A stretch of DNA of 64,000 bases from Octopus sinensis (Eukaryota): assembly GCF_006345805.1 (NCBI RefSeq), contig NC_043002.1, positions 10,850,001 to 10,914,000 on the forward strand, read 5' to 3'. The notes below the pieces were generated by a model. It did no database searches and was not told the DNA's origin. It worked only from the letters and a program-made list of their open reading frames with translations. The translations under genes were made by a program, and so were the position numbers. Positions 38,987-53,240 of the stretch are shown here, piece by piece; positions within the stretch are counted from its first letter, which is position 1; the number at the start of each line of letters is the position of its first letter.

Positions 38987-39369
38987 ATATATATATATAT
39001 ATATATATATATACACTGTTGATATCATAAGCATTAATAAACTTTCGAGAGAATGTGAAACAATTCTGTTTTGAAATTGTTTCTCGAAAATCTTAGAAGA
39101 TCTTTTTCGGATAGAAAACGTCGAAGACAGCCCCGTTGGACTCGAAGCTACATCCCTTATATATAACGTGATTTATCGGAGACTGAACCTGAAATACCGA
39201 AGTTACAAAACGAGCTTCCTCAGCACACATCCATGACTTTGTCCACAAAGTTATCGGATGAGTAGATAAACGATCTCCGGTACAGCACCGAAGTGAGGGC
39301 CCACGATCAATATCCTGGACCCTCAGAAGGTTTGCAAAAATTCGAAAGCATTAATCTTATTATTTAAAT

Positions 39370-39665
39370 AAGTGTTTCTCAACCATTTTTTTACCTATCG
39401 ACCCCTTTTGATTCCTGTTCTATTCGGATGGGCCCTCAGCCATTCGATGTTAAAAAAATCCCTCTTATACCTTTATAATTAAATATCATTAGGGATGGCA
39501 TAAAAAATTGGCTAAAATATTCTGTGCAGCGTAGAAGTATATCCAATCTATTGCCGATAAATTTTAACTACGAAATCTTATAAGGACCCTCAAGGGCCAT
39601 ACTGGACACCCAAGGGCCATACTGGACACGCAAGGGCCATACTGGACCCCGGTTGAGAACAACTA
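39370..39665. mobile_element. hAT-like MITE
   Basis: TIRs AAGTGTTTCTCAACC / GGTTGAGAACAACTA, 8-bp flanks ATTTAAAT / GTTTAAAT, and an internal 20-bp unit CAAGGGCCATACTGGACAC repeated three times. Confidence 0.8.
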
Positions 39666-39729
39666 GTTTAAATACTGTGCCATAAAACGGAGGCGCAGCA
39701 CGGTCTACTTACACAATAAACATTCTTAC

Positions 39730-39790
<61 letters not shown>

Positions 39791-40081
39791 TGTGTGTGTG
39801 TCTGTGTGTGTGTGTGTGCACTTTTTATTGTCTGTTTCAGTAATTACAATGCGGTCATGCTGGAGCATCCCCTTGACGAGTTTTTTTTAGTCGGTCAAAC
39901 AAATTGACCCAAGTAGATTTCTTTTTTCTTCCTTTTTTTCTTCTAAGCCTGGTAATTGATTATTCTATCGGTACCTATTTTTTTTACCGAACCGACAAGT
40001 TACGGGGTCGTAAACAAACCAACACCGATTATAAAGCGGTGGAGCGTGCACAAACACAAAGACGCACTTACATACACAAAT

Positions 40082-40181
40082 NNNNNNNNNNNNNNNNNNN
40101 NNNNNNNNNNNNNNNNNNNNNNNNNNNNNNNNNNNNNNNNNNNNNNNNNNNNNNNNNNNNNNNNNNNNNNNNNNNNNNNNN
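40082..40181. other. Assembly gap (100 N)
   Basis: Run of exactly 100 Ns. Confidence 1.
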
Positions 40182-41320
40182 AACATCGCTTGACAACCGA
40201 TGGTGGTGTGTTACTTAGCGGTTCGGCCCAAGCGACAGATAGAATAAGTTATAGGCTCTAAGAATAAGTCTTGAGATCGATTTGTTCGACTAAATCGGTG
40301 CTGAAGCATGGCCGCAGTCAAATGACTGAAACAAGTAAAAGAGGAAATAGGGAAAAAATAGTTAAACTATTAAAGGTAAAAGGACGGGTTACCAGAATGT
40401 GAAACCTCTTTGGTGAAGATATGTTTTTCCTGGTAAAGGCACCATTGCCGGTTCGGTGTTTTAATGTGTTAGTGATTGTAGCAGTGGTTCCTGAAACGGC
40501 CGTAGACTTGAATTCTTTCTTGCACTTTACGATGGACATTATTCTGGATTCCTTTTACCATTAATTGTTTAACTATCTTTTTTTTATATTGTTAGTCACC
40601 TTTCTATATATACATTCATATTCTCTTCATTTTTTTTCTTCATACGCTTTCATATCCATCATTCTTTAGAGGTTTTTCACATGTGTTTATATGTGTGTGT
40701 ATATATATATATATATATTCTTATACCTTCCGGTATCGCCCTGGTATTTTAATATGTATTTATTTATGTTCAACGGTGTGAATATATGGAGATGATATGA
40801 AGTTGTTTACCCGATTCTGATATTTATTTTTTAAACACAGAGTTTGTCTTTTGTCTTGGTTTTTTTTTAACTTGACCACTTCTATCTGCAACCCTATTTA
40901 CACACATATTATTTTTCGATTCCTATAAGGAAAAACGAAATTTAGAAATTATATATCCTATTGCTGTATATCCATATATAGGAAGAAAGGGAGGGGGAAG
41001 AGAGAGAGGGGAAGAAAACAGATAACGCATTGGATGTACGCAAAACAGTGAAAATCCAAACAAAAATATATTTATTTCTTAACTTGTCTTGGCAAATTCA
41101 AACGTCAATACCTAACCTCTGTTTTTTTTCACGGAGAAAAGCCTTCTCTCTTTAGACAGAGTGTGTTAATAACAGATGCGATCGATTTATTGGTGTAAAG
41201 GTAATGTATGTGTGTGTGTGTGTATACAGGAACGCAATCATATCTATGTGCTTGTATATATGTACACACACACACACACATACATACGTACATACATACG
41301 TACATACATACATACATATA

Positions 41321-41364
<44 letters not shown>

Positions 41365-41561
41365 CATATATATATACATACATTATATATATATATATAC
41401 ATACATACATACAACATATATATGTATGTATATATATATAGATATATATATATATATATATATCTATATATATATATATATATACATACATATATATATA
41501 CATACATATATATTATATACATACATACAACATACATACATACATATATATGTATGTATAT

Positions 41562-41613
<52 letters not shown>

Positions 41614-41869
41614 TATATATATACATTTATACTCGCACGTGCATACATATACATACATAAATATATTGTATATATGTGTGCGTGTAAATGTATGACCGTC
41701 ATTCATTTCCCTTTTTCTCTTGTCTAGCGCCGCCAGTCGTTGGGACATCATTTGAAATCCTTTGGCATTCGCTGTTTCATTAAAGCAATTCATCGCTTTT
41801 GTTGCGCTTCCTCTTAGTTTCAGTTTGCCAAATTCCACTTACAGCGTATTCTTCAAGACGACTCTACAG

Positions 41870-42470
41870 TGAATAGAAGGCTTTAGTCTTAGGTGTCATA
41901 TAGTAGGTTCTAAGACAAAACGAAATCGTTACGAAGCGAACTTCTTAACTACGCAGATGCCAACAACTATATTTCAATCTTTAGACGGTGTTAAGATATT
42001 CGACTACTTTCTCGCTTACCACAGTAGTGTACTAAATGAGGATATTAGTGATGTAGAGCTAGATCCTACTAGAACTAGTAGCCACAGAAGTAAGAAAATT
42101 ACATAGCTCATCCAGAATTTAGGGTGAATGAAGTTATTAATTTAATTAGACAGTCCTTAACTCTAGTAGACAAGCATTACTCTGCAATGCACAGATACAC
42201 GCAAATTCAAAGATTTCGGTAGAAACACTGTTAAAGTTAGCTATAGTTGTTTAGTCACTAGAACTCACCCACAATAAATTTACCAGAAAGATTGTAAAAA
42301 TATCCTAACACAGTCGCAATCGTAGATACGCAACCGACTATTTTCTGACTAATAAGTACCTTCAAAAGTGACTGATGTTTAGCACCAATATTTAATAACC
42401 TATGCTGTAAAAAAAATATATGCATTATCCTTCAAGGCCCGGTACGCACAGCAATCAGATGTGCCGAAGT
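41870..42470 (+). mobile_element. Degenerate Penelope-like element (RT C-terminus to GIY-YIG region)
   Basis: LVDKHY (42163-42180), FGRNTVKVSYSC (42215-42250) and FKARY (42431-42445) match the Penelope motifs LIDKHF, IFNRNTVKVSYSC and FKxRY in order. Confidence 0.75.
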
Positions 42471-43565
42471 TAATCCGGAACTTAACGCTGTTTGTGGAAA
42501 AACAACCCTTCTTTCAATACAATTGTCGAGGGAGCAAATATATATCTCCTCATATCCACTTACAATGTCCTTCAAGCTTCCAATTTTCGAATATGACTCT
42601 GATCTGGAAGCATTCCAAGTACAGCTAATATAATACCTCCTCGACTCATTCGCAGAGAAATACCATTTGTGGGAGGAGGAGCAGTCTTGACAATTTCGAC
42701 CTTTTGGACCTTTGTTCTGTGTTACAATTCAAAAGCGAATAGCCTTTAAAAATATATTCTGACTTGAACTGACATGAGCTGCAAGTAAAAAAAATAAGAC
42801 CGAAAATGCCATATGAGAATGAGTCAGAGTATACAAGCAGCAGATAATATAACCAGAACTAAGAAAACCCAACTCAGGAAATATTTAGACATTTGCGAAA
42901 AGAGAAAATACCAGATATTTTCTTTTAACATATGTTCAATGGAAATCCCCCCCCCCACACACACACACACAATACATAGAAGAAAAGGAAAAATACCGCA
43001 TAAACACTTAAAATTCTTTATAAAAAGACATAAATGATTGTTTGTAATTTAGACACAAAATAAGCAATCTTGAGAGAAGATAGCTAGTCGATACTAGGAT
43101 CGATAAAATACCTGAGTTGTAATTTATTTTATCGATGCTGGAAGGATGTAAGACAAGTTGACCGATGAGTTTCGGATGCTTAAGGAATAGCACGAGGAAA
43201 TTTTTCCGGCGTTCCAACGATTCTACTGCATCTCTTATATAAGGAGAGAGAAATAATTAGGTTACGTAGCATTAACTTTACTAACATAAATCATGACAAA
43301 TCCCAAACCGAATGAAACCGCCAAACTCAAACGACAAATAGCATTGTAACATAACTTACACTAATTTAACTTATTTTTACTGAAATTGATCTTTACACAA
43401 TCCTTTCTGCTATAGGTACAGGGCCTGAAATTTGGGGGGGAGGAGGTAAGTTGGTTACATCGACCCCAGTACTTAACTGGTACTTAATCTATTGACCCCG
43501 AAATGCTGAAAGGCAAAGTCAACAATGAAATAGTGCTAAGCATTTTGCCTGGCGTGCTAATGTTT

Positions 43566-44055
43566 CTTATTTCTTTATTACCCACAAGGAGCTAAACACA
43601 GAGGGGACAACCAAGGGCAGACAAACGGATTAAGTCGATTGCATCGACCCCAGTGCGTAACTGGTACTTAAATTATCGTACTTAAATAAGGCGGCGAGCT
43701 GGCAGAAACGTTAGCACGCCGGGCGAAATGCTTAGCGGTATTTCATCTGCGTTACGTTGTGAGTTCAAATTCCGCCGAGGTCGACTTTGCCTTTCATCCT
43801 TTCGGGGTCGATAAATTAAGTACCAGTTACGCACTGGGGTCGATGTAATCGACTTAATACCTATGTCTGTCCTTGTTTATCCGCTCTGTGTTTAGCCCCT
43901 TGTGGGTAATAAAGAAATAGGTACTTAAATTATCGTCCCCGAAAGGATGAAAGCAAAGTCAACCTCGGCGGAATTTGAGCTCAGAACATAGCGGCAGACG
44001 AAATACTACTAAGCATTTTGCCTGGCGTGCTAAAGATTCCGCCAGCGTGCTACCT
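43566..44055. mobile_element. Plus-strand SINE B (43688-43920) nested in a minus-strand SINE B
   Basis: 17-bp TSD GGTACTTAAATTATCGT at 43663-43679 and 43920-43936. Confidence 0.9.
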
Positions 44056-45050
44056 TATTCATCTTCACATAATAAACACATGTAAATATGTATTTTTAGA
44101 AATCAAAATATGCTTGTGTGTGGGTATGTTTATATAAGTTAGTTATTCTAAAGTAATCTTAAGGAAAACAACAGAACATGTTTACTTATGTGAAAGCTGA
44201 AGAATATAGAATCACACCTATTATGATTTTCGTTTTGACAAGGACTTCAAATTGTGCCTGGCGGCTTATCCAACCACTTATCCAACATCGTTCTGGTGCT
44301 TATATAGATTAAATTAGAACGCTTCATCATATGAATAAGTAATGGTATATTGAACTGCACTGATTGCAATTCTTGCTACAATTTTTAAATAACATGTTTT
44401 GTGTTAATATAGTAGGAGTGAAAATATAAACTAAAGGTCAGATAAATAAGTTTAAAGTTTATAAGAAATTGGCACTAGGTAAATAGGTAAAACGAAAAAG
44501 AAGAGAAAATGGAGACAGCGCAAAACAGAATACAATAGAAAGCAAAATGAACGTAAAAATATAATTAGAGACGAAGAAGCATGAAAGAAAGGTCAATTTG
44601 AATGCAAGTGTATAGTTTGTATTGAAACAATCTAGGTAAGAAAAGAAAGCCGATAAAACATAACTGTATGTATTTAACGTGGCGTAGTTTTACTTCCTAT
44701 GTATATACGCGTATGTAGTCTATTGCGATTTTCTTTTCTTTTTTTTTTTCAGTCATTAGACAGCGGCCATGTTGTATGTTTGTGTGTTTGTATAAGCGCA
44801 TTAGTGTGACTGATTGGATGATTTTTATATATGTATGTAGGTTAAATGAAAGGAAAAAAAATGGAGGAAAACTGAGATGGCGAATCTAAAATGCCTAATG
44901 AAATGAAAGTTTCCGTCAGATATTTCCCGGGTAAATTTCTATGACCTGTGCAAATTTATCATAAATGTACCTGTCTATTTTGCTATTTCAATTAATGAAT
45001 TTCCATACTAATATTTAAACGCCTGGTGTCTTCATATGAGCATATATGTA

Positions 45051-45113
<63 letters not shown>

Positions 45114-45336
45114 TGTGTGTGTGCGTGTTTCTATATTGGTATATTGATTTCTTTGTATTTTTAGAAATCAAAATAGGATTCTATACAGTAGTTGCAAACG
45201 GTTTAAGCTTTGTTGAAAGTAATGTAAAATTAACTGTATATAACGAAAACTAAATTGCCTCTAAATTGCTTGTATATAAAATGTGTGCGTGTGTGTGTGT
45301 GTGTGTGAAAGTATGCATGCGTGTGTATGTATACAT

Positions 45337-45754
45337 ACTCTTTTACTCTTTTACTCTTTTACTTGTTTCAGGCATTTGACTGCGGCCATGCTGGAGTACC
45401 GCCTTTAGTCGAGCAAATCGACCCCGGGACTTATTCTTTGTAAGCCCAGTACTTATTCTATCGTTCTCTTTTGCCGAACCGCTAAGTTACGGGGACGTAA
45501 ACACACCAGCATCGGTTGTCAAGCAATGCTAGGGGGACAAACACAGACACACAAACATATACACACACACTTATATATACATATATACGACAGGCTTCTT
45601 TCAGTTTCCGTCAACCAAATCCACTCACAAGGCATTGGTCGGCCCGGCCGGGGCTATAGCAGAAGACACTTGCCCAAGATGCCACGCAGTGGGACTGAAC
45701 CTGGAACCATGTGGCTGGTTAGCAAGCTACTTACCACACAGCCACACCTGCGCC
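45337..45754 (-). mobile_element. SINE type A
   Basis: Near-identical to 929-1322, with a (TACTCTTT)n tail. Confidence 0.9.
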
Positions 45755-46031
45755 TATGTAAAAATTAAGAAAATGTAGATAAAATCCTTAGTGGTTGTAT
45801 CTACCCTTAAAGGATTATGAGAACCACGAAAACTCCCGAAGGGAATATAATAGCTGTAAGCAAAAAGCGTGTATGGCCGCCCGGCTATGTGCTTGCTCTG
45901 TTATATCATTATCTAATGCTAACAAGTACAGAACGGTGCATTTTGTTTAAATCTGAATAATATAACTCATTTAGCTATAGCAATATACAGTGCGTTGGTA
46001 TTTGTTGCAAATATATTTAAATACGTCACAT

Positions 46032-46086
<55 letters not shown>

Positions 46087-46235
46087 ACATATATATACGT
46101 ATGTGTGTGTGTACATACATACACACACGCTACAAATTACACATGCAAACGCATGCACATATATTTATGTGTGTGTGTGTATATATGTATGTATATACAA
46201 ATATATATATATATGTTTATATATATATGTATGTG

Positions 46236-46266
<31 letters not shown>

Positions 46267-46404
46267 CAGGCTTACCTGTATGTATATATATGTATATATA
46301 TATATACACACATATACATATATACATATATATATACATATATATATGTATATATGTATATATGTATATATGTAATATATATATGTATATATATGTATAT
46401 ATGT

Positions 46405-46450
<46 letters not shown>

Positions 46451-46462
46451 ATATATATATAT

Positions 46463-46546
<84 letters not shown>

Positions 46547-47337
46547 TATATAAGCGCATAAATAAGTACACGTTATCATACGAAACCAAAAAGGAAATGC
46601 TTGAACATAAAAATCTGTAAATATACACACACGACCTGTATATGTACCCATATAAACATGTACTAGGAAACTGTTTTGTATATGGATATACTTTACTTTA
46701 TCTCTGCAGTGTATACTGTTGTATACTCACAGGCTTTAAATAGAAATAAATGATGAACGCAGCCTGGCGGGTACACACGAAGTTGCTTAGCTTGACGTTC
46801 TGTTCGTGATCGTATGTTTTAGGGGCTTATTTTAAAGACAGTTCATGAAATAGGGATTTAAGCGTATTAATAAATTTTTGCCTTATACCATTCTTATATA
46901 ACATATACTATATATATATATATACATACATACAAATAGACACACATATATATATATATATACATACATGCAAATAGACACACATATATATATACATATA
47001 TAGAGTTTTGTTTAGGTTATCTCTTGAGAGCTTTATATGCCTTATTTTATAAAATAAAATTTCAAAAAATAACCTATTTTCTCTTCCGTTTTACAATAAG
47101 GTTACGACCGCTAAAAGTGCACCCTCATTGATCATTTAATATTCTTACTCGTACACAAAAGTACACATACATATAAACAGACAAATAACATTTGCTCATT
47201 AATATTTAAATTCATCATGCCTACTACTGATAATATTATATTGGTACCTATACAATAGAGAAATGTGGAACCGAAAATTTTTTACTTCCACAGTCTTATT
47301 TTTTTAATTATTTCATCTAAATACATGCATTCATATA

Positions 47338-47821
47338 TATTTCTTTACTACCCACAAGGGGCTAAACACAGAGAGAACAAACAAGGGCAGACAAACGGAT
47401 TAAGTCGATTACATCGACCCCCAGTGTGTATCTGGTACTTATTTAATCTTAAGGCAGCGAGCTGGCAGAAACGTTAGCACGCCGGGCGAAATGCTTAGCG
47501 GTATTTCGTCTGCTTTACGTTGTGAGTTCAAATTCCGCCGAGGTCGACTTTGCCTTTCATCCTTTCGGGGTCGATAAATTAAGTACCAGTTACGCACTGG
47601 GGTTGATTTAATCGACTTAATACCTATGTCTGTCCTTGTTTATTCCCTCTGTGTTTAGCCCCTTCTGGGTAATAAAGAAATAGGTACTTATTTAATCGAC
47701 CCTGAAAGTATGAAAGGCAAAGTCGACCTCGGCGGAGTTTGAACCCAGAACGTAACGGCAGACGAAATACGGCTACGCATTTCGCCCAGCGTGTTAACGT
47801 TTCTGCCAGCTCGCCGCCTTG
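47338..47821. mobile_element. Plus-strand SINE B (47451-47683) nested in a minus-strand SINE B
   Basis: 15-bp TSD GGTACTTATTTAATC at 47434-47448 and 47683-47697. Confidence 0.9.
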
Positions 47822-48340
47822 ATACATGCATTCATATAATCAACCAAACCGAAGCACGCACACGTAAATATATCTACCTTACGCATATGCAAACAAACCA
47901 TAAGCTCACATTAAATATATACAATTATTTCTCAGCTTTCAGTCTTTTAGCCGAAACTATTTCAACAGAAACAACACTCATACATTCCAATTCCTTGCTT
48001 ACCATCATATATTCTTTTCTATTTAGATTTTGTTTCATTTCCTTCTATTCCAAGCTATCTTCCTTCCTTTCTTGAAATTGTTTAATCATATAATCATCTC
48101 TTTCCGGTTTCTGTCTATATTTAATTCCACCTTTTCACTCCACATAAATAATGTCCTTTTATTAAAAACTTTTTGCTACAACCGTAATTCAATATTGCAA
48201 CACCTCCTAATAATACAGCTTTGCATCTATTTTTGCCTATTTAAGCCTTAGAAAGCAAATTTTTCATAACTAGTCTTGTATGTATATATATGTACATATA
48301 TTGATGGAAAAATAAATATAGGTATGTATTTGTGTATGTG

Positions 48341-48595
48341 TGGAGGCACATGGCCTAGTGGTTAGAACAGCGGACTTGTGGTCGAGGGATCGCGGGTTCG
48401 AATCTCAGACCGAGCGATGTGTGTATTTATGAGCGAAACACCTAAGCTCCGTGCGGCTGTTTTTCGCCACAACTTTCTATCACTCTTTCCACCTGCATCT
48501 TGCAGCTCACCTGCGACGGACCGGCGTCCCGTCCAGGTAGGGAACCTATACACCAAGGAAACCGGGAAACCGGCCTGGCTCGAGAAGGAACAAAC
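48341..48595 (+). mobile_element. SINE type C
   Basis: Head TGGAGGCACATGGCCTAGTGGTTAG..GGTTCGAATCTC and body CCTGCGACGGACCGGCGTCCCGTCCAGG. Confidence 0.9.
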
Positions 48596-48635
48596 AATAT
48601 GTGTGTATATATGTATGCATATACGCACACACACC

Positions 48636-48740
<105 letters not shown>

Positions 48741-49523
48741 CACACACACTCACACATATGTGGAACTTTATTAATAAATTCCAACCCAAGCTAAATAAAC
48801 AATAATACTGATACTTAGAGGTACTATTTCTAATGCTACGACCGCTACCACTAACAACAACGACAATACTAAAGGTGCTCATGATGACGATAGCTGGAAA
48901 ATACTAGCTAAATCAAGAGAAGAGTCAGTAAAATAATCTTCTTTTGGGGTTTAAAGTTCTATAACCACAGCTACTACTACCACCACCAACCACCACCACC
49001 ACCATCAACCACCACCACCACCACCACCACCACCACCGACAACAGCTACAACAGCAACGAGAACTATAGCAAAGGAGATGATCATGGTGACGATGATGAT
49101 TGAAATGTAAAAATCCATGGGAAATGTTTACAACATTTCTAAAAGTAGCCCAGCAATTACTGCTTTGGCCAGGGTGAAAAAAAAGGTCTGTTCAAAATAA
49201 AAACGTGACGCCTAAGGCAAACATCAATCAACGTAAGTAATTTAGTAAAGCCACACACTGATTGGTCAGAAAACAGTTTGCAAAATTTAACATTCTGGAG
49301 CCTATACAAATGTATTTAAGGCACACATTTTAGCCATCTCGTTACAGTTGTAAATTGTAAAACATAACTGTCACCATTACTACATGAACCTGAAGATTGC
49401 ATAGTTTAATGCATGAAAGTACTAGTTCAGTCAGAATGGATATTTGATAGTCCATCATTTCATTAGATTATATTATTATAAGATTGTAAATAAAGCGTGA
49501 AAATCAAAGTTGGAATTTCCTTG

Positions 49524-49629
<106 letters not shown>

Positions 49630-49630
49630 T

Positions 49631-50900
49631 GGGGTTGTGGTGAATATATTGTCTAAATTACGCAAAAATGAAAGTAACACTGACAGCTCATATTAACTGA
49701 TATACTTACCAAAATTACATCAAAATATCTTGAAATACTAAAGAGTAAATTTATCCAATAAAATCGCTATTGGTTTCAACCACCGCCTCCAGACGACTTC
49801 GGAATCTCCTGCAACTCTTCTGGACGGTCTCTCTGATTAAGTTGGAGAAAGCTGCCATAATCCTTGCCTTCAGTTCCTCTTTGGTGTTACAAGTAGTTTT
49901 ATTGGTTTCTCACTCAACTGCGCCCCACACATAATAATCAAGGGGTTTGCAATCTGGGGAGTTAAGTGGCCAGATGTTAGGGGTGATGTGGTTGCAAAAT
50001 TTGTCTGACAGCCATGATTCGGTTCTCGCGCTTGTGTAGCATGGTGCAGAGTCCTGTTGCCAGACACAGGCTCTTCCAACACCAGCAGTCAGCCTCTTTA
50101 CCCAGGGCAGCACTACATTCTCCAGGTACTGGATCTAGGTCTCCGTGGTGAGTCTGAGGTAGAGTGGGAAGATGAATGGTGGTATATAGGAGCACTCCGT
50201 CGGTTACGACGATGAGGGCCCCAGCTGATACGATCAACGGAACAGCTTGCTCGTGATATTAACGTGCAAGTGGCTGAGCACTCCACAGACACGTGTACCC
50301 TTAACGTAGTTCTCGGGGAAATTCAGCGTGACACAGAGTGTGATAAGGCTGGCCCTTTGAAATACAGGTACAAGAGAAACAGGAAGAAAGAGCGAGAGAA
50401 AGTTGTGGTGAAAGAGTACAGCAGGGATCGCCAACATCCCCTGCCGGAGCCTCGTGGAGCTTTTAGGTGTTTTCGCTCAATAAACACTCACAATGCCCGG
50501 TCTGGGAATCGAAACCGCGATCCTCCGATCGCGAGTCCGCTGCACTAACCACTGGGTCATTGCGCCTCCACGAATGGTGGCATAACATCACCATCACTAG
50601 TGATCCCTCCAAGCATTTTGATGTTGACTGAATGTTTGGATTTTATTACTCTCGGTACATATCCTCACATTGACACGCAAACGCTCTTGAATGTTCGCAT
50701 TGGCCCTTCCAGCTTCAATGCCGAGCTGTACAGCAAGTTGTTTCCAAATTTCTGGCAGAGTGAATTGCGTTCTGGTGATGCTTTTCTCACAGACGGTGCT
50801 CAACTGACCTTCTTATACTGTGTAGCCGACAAAATCTAAATCAAACAATGCGCCTGCGCGAAATTTAAAATATATAATAGCGCCAATTTACCCTTTCAGC
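49631..50900 (-). mobile_element. DD37D (maT-type) Tc1/mariner relic, interrupted by a SINE C variant (50232-50572)
   Basis: VWQQDSAP...WPLNSPDCKPLDYYVWG with 37 residues between the second and third Asp, then NTKEELKARI..CRRFRSRLEAVV. Confidence 0.8.
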
Positions 50901-51052
50901 AAACTGGCTAGAAGACAACACTTCCCTCTCTAACCTTATTTTCCTTGTCAAGTGAAACTTGAAGAAGTTCATCAGGGATTGGCCAAGAGAAAAGCGTTTG
51001 TAATGACAACAACAACAACAACAACAACAATAATAATAATAATAATGATAAA

Positions 51053-51086
<34 letters not shown>

Positions 51087-51105
51087 TAATAATAATAATA
51101 ATAAT

Positions 51106-51656
51106 AATGCCCTGATGCAGTATCAGGCAGTGGCTCTCATGGCTTCTGATCTTAACTGACTAGAAGTGTTATCATGTACATTGTTTTGTCTTGGTATAAA
51201 AGATGGGCTACAGCAAATATTCTGCTCAATACCACAGATTTGCTTGTCAGTTGTTTGACCGTAACCAGTTGAGCATGTCCCTTAGTGGCTGACGATATGT
51301 GCATCTCTGATCACGAGTAGAAGTAGTGGGGGAGCATCATAGACATGTGTTGAGAGGGATTCTTTGGGGTTTGAATGATTCACCTCTGGAAACATGGGTG
51401 TTTCATTCAACATCCTTAAACAACCCTTAATCAGGGACCTTTTGAGCGGGATGGGTTACTCGACCAGAAGAAAATTCTAACTGGGCCCCACCTGCAAGGT
51501 CATGCGCTGTTTATCTTGAGATCACCATGTCACGTACATATGGTTGTGATGCATGTGCCTAGTGTACCCTTACCAGACGGGTAGTCATGATGGGTATACT
51601 GGGCTTCGTATATTTTACCCCAGTGTCACTTTGATGACATGCACTGCTCTCTCACT
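51106..51656. mobile_element. Second copy of the (TAA)n-flanked non-coding element
   Basis: Reverse complement of 27141-27699. Confidence 0.85.
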
Positions 51657-52719
51657 ACTACTACTCCTACTCCTACTACTACTACTACTACTACTAATGA
51701 TAATAACAACAACAACAACAACAATAACAACAACAACAACAATAATAATAATAATAATGACTTTTTATTTGTTTCATATGCGCGCACTAAATTCATTCTT
51801 TGTCTTCTTAATTCTGTTATATGTTAATCTTTGACACACTACTGTTACCAGTGATGTAACTGGAGTTTCTGCAACAATGGAATTTAAATTTACTTCAAGG
51901 TCCCAATCGAAGACTGTAGATAACCAGCTGTTCCTGTTGACTGCTACATTGCAAATAAACCGATTGTCACCCTTACCAGGTTCTTCGAGGTTTGGCTGAA
52001 AAGTTCATAGGCTGACTATGAATGAGTAATTGTAGAGCTCTGAACGCGAGGCAGAGAAATGCGAAAACCAGAGAAGAAAGAATCTCCAATAACACCGATA
52101 AAGCCTACAGCACTTCCAGGCTTTTCTATCTGAACATGTCGAACAATTTACAGAATGCATTGGCTCTCTAAAGCATACTATTGAATTATTAATTAATCTC
52201 AACAGTGACACAAATTTAATAATACTTTCAGTATCAGTTGTCATGTTGCAATTATCCCACATAAAAGAATTTCCATGTTAACAGCGTCCTTCTCGACGTT
52301 ACTCACAGGCTTTTGCGATCTGGAACGTTCTGTTCTGTCTTCAATAGGAGCAGACATGGCTGTGTGGTTAAGACGCTCGCTTTGCTATCACGTGGTTTCG
52401 GTTTCAGTTCCACTGTGCATCACCTCGCTCAAATGTCTTCAAATGTCTTTTTTTAAAACCGATCTACGTACACAGAGGCAGTTCATTTTAAACATAACTT
52501 CAGATGTGCGAATAAACAATGAAAAGACATAGTTTGTTGAGCGCTGGAATTAATTTTATCTTTATTCTCATGTTGGGACGCCCTCCGCACAGCCGATGTT
52601 GCCTGTTTCAATGATTTTGTAAAGCGAGTGAGTTTTTGTCCCGCATCAAACCATTCCAAAACATCAGGTTTCAAATCCAATCCAAAATATCCGCTTCACG
52701 ACAACTTTTTTCACACAGT

Positions 52720-52884
52720 AAGTGCAGGTGTGACTGAGTGACAAGACGCTTGCTTCCCAACCACGCGGTTCTGGGTTCAGTTCCAGTGTGTGGTACCTTA
52801 GGCAAGTTTCTCCTACTATAGCCTCGGACCGACCAAAGCCTTGTAAGTGGATTTGGTAGACAGAAACTGAAAGAAGCCCATCGT

Positions 52885-52925
<41 letters not shown>

Positions 52926-53240
52926 AGCATGTATGCATGTATATATGTATGTATATATATATATGTGTGTGTATGTGTGCGTGTGTATGTGTGTATGTGT
53001 GTTTGTCTCACCACCATCGCTTGACAACCGATGTTGGTGTGCTTACGTCCCCGTAACTTAGAGTTTCAGCAAAGTAGTCTGATAGAATAAGTACTAGGCT
53101 TACAAAGAATAAGTCCGGGGTCGATTAAATAAGTACCAGTTATGCACTGGGGTCGATGTAATCGACTTAATCACTTTGTCTGTCCTTGCCTGTCTCTTCT
53201 ATGTTTAGCATCCTGTGGGCAATAAAGAAATATATAGGTG
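52720..53240 (+). mobile_element. SINE A joined to a SINE B body
   Basis: Type A sequence switches to type B at the shared GGGGTCGAT (about 53117-53125). Confidence 0.75.

Noticed and set aside
41843-42716. Cluster of apparent minus-strand micro-exons (21, 12, 45 and 153 nt) with good splice signals
   Set aside because: The first three lie antisense within the Penelope relic, and the joined peptide resembles nothing recognisable.
51977-51995. 19-nt minus-strand micro-exon candidate
   Set aside because: The acceptor lies in what looks like a mariner terminal-repeat remnant (GGCTGAAAAGTTCATAGGCTGAC).
52483-52680. Protein-like ORF MDLKPDVLEWFDAGQK..
   Set aside because: It is short, begins at TTG, is wedged between SINE pieces and has no recognisable family.
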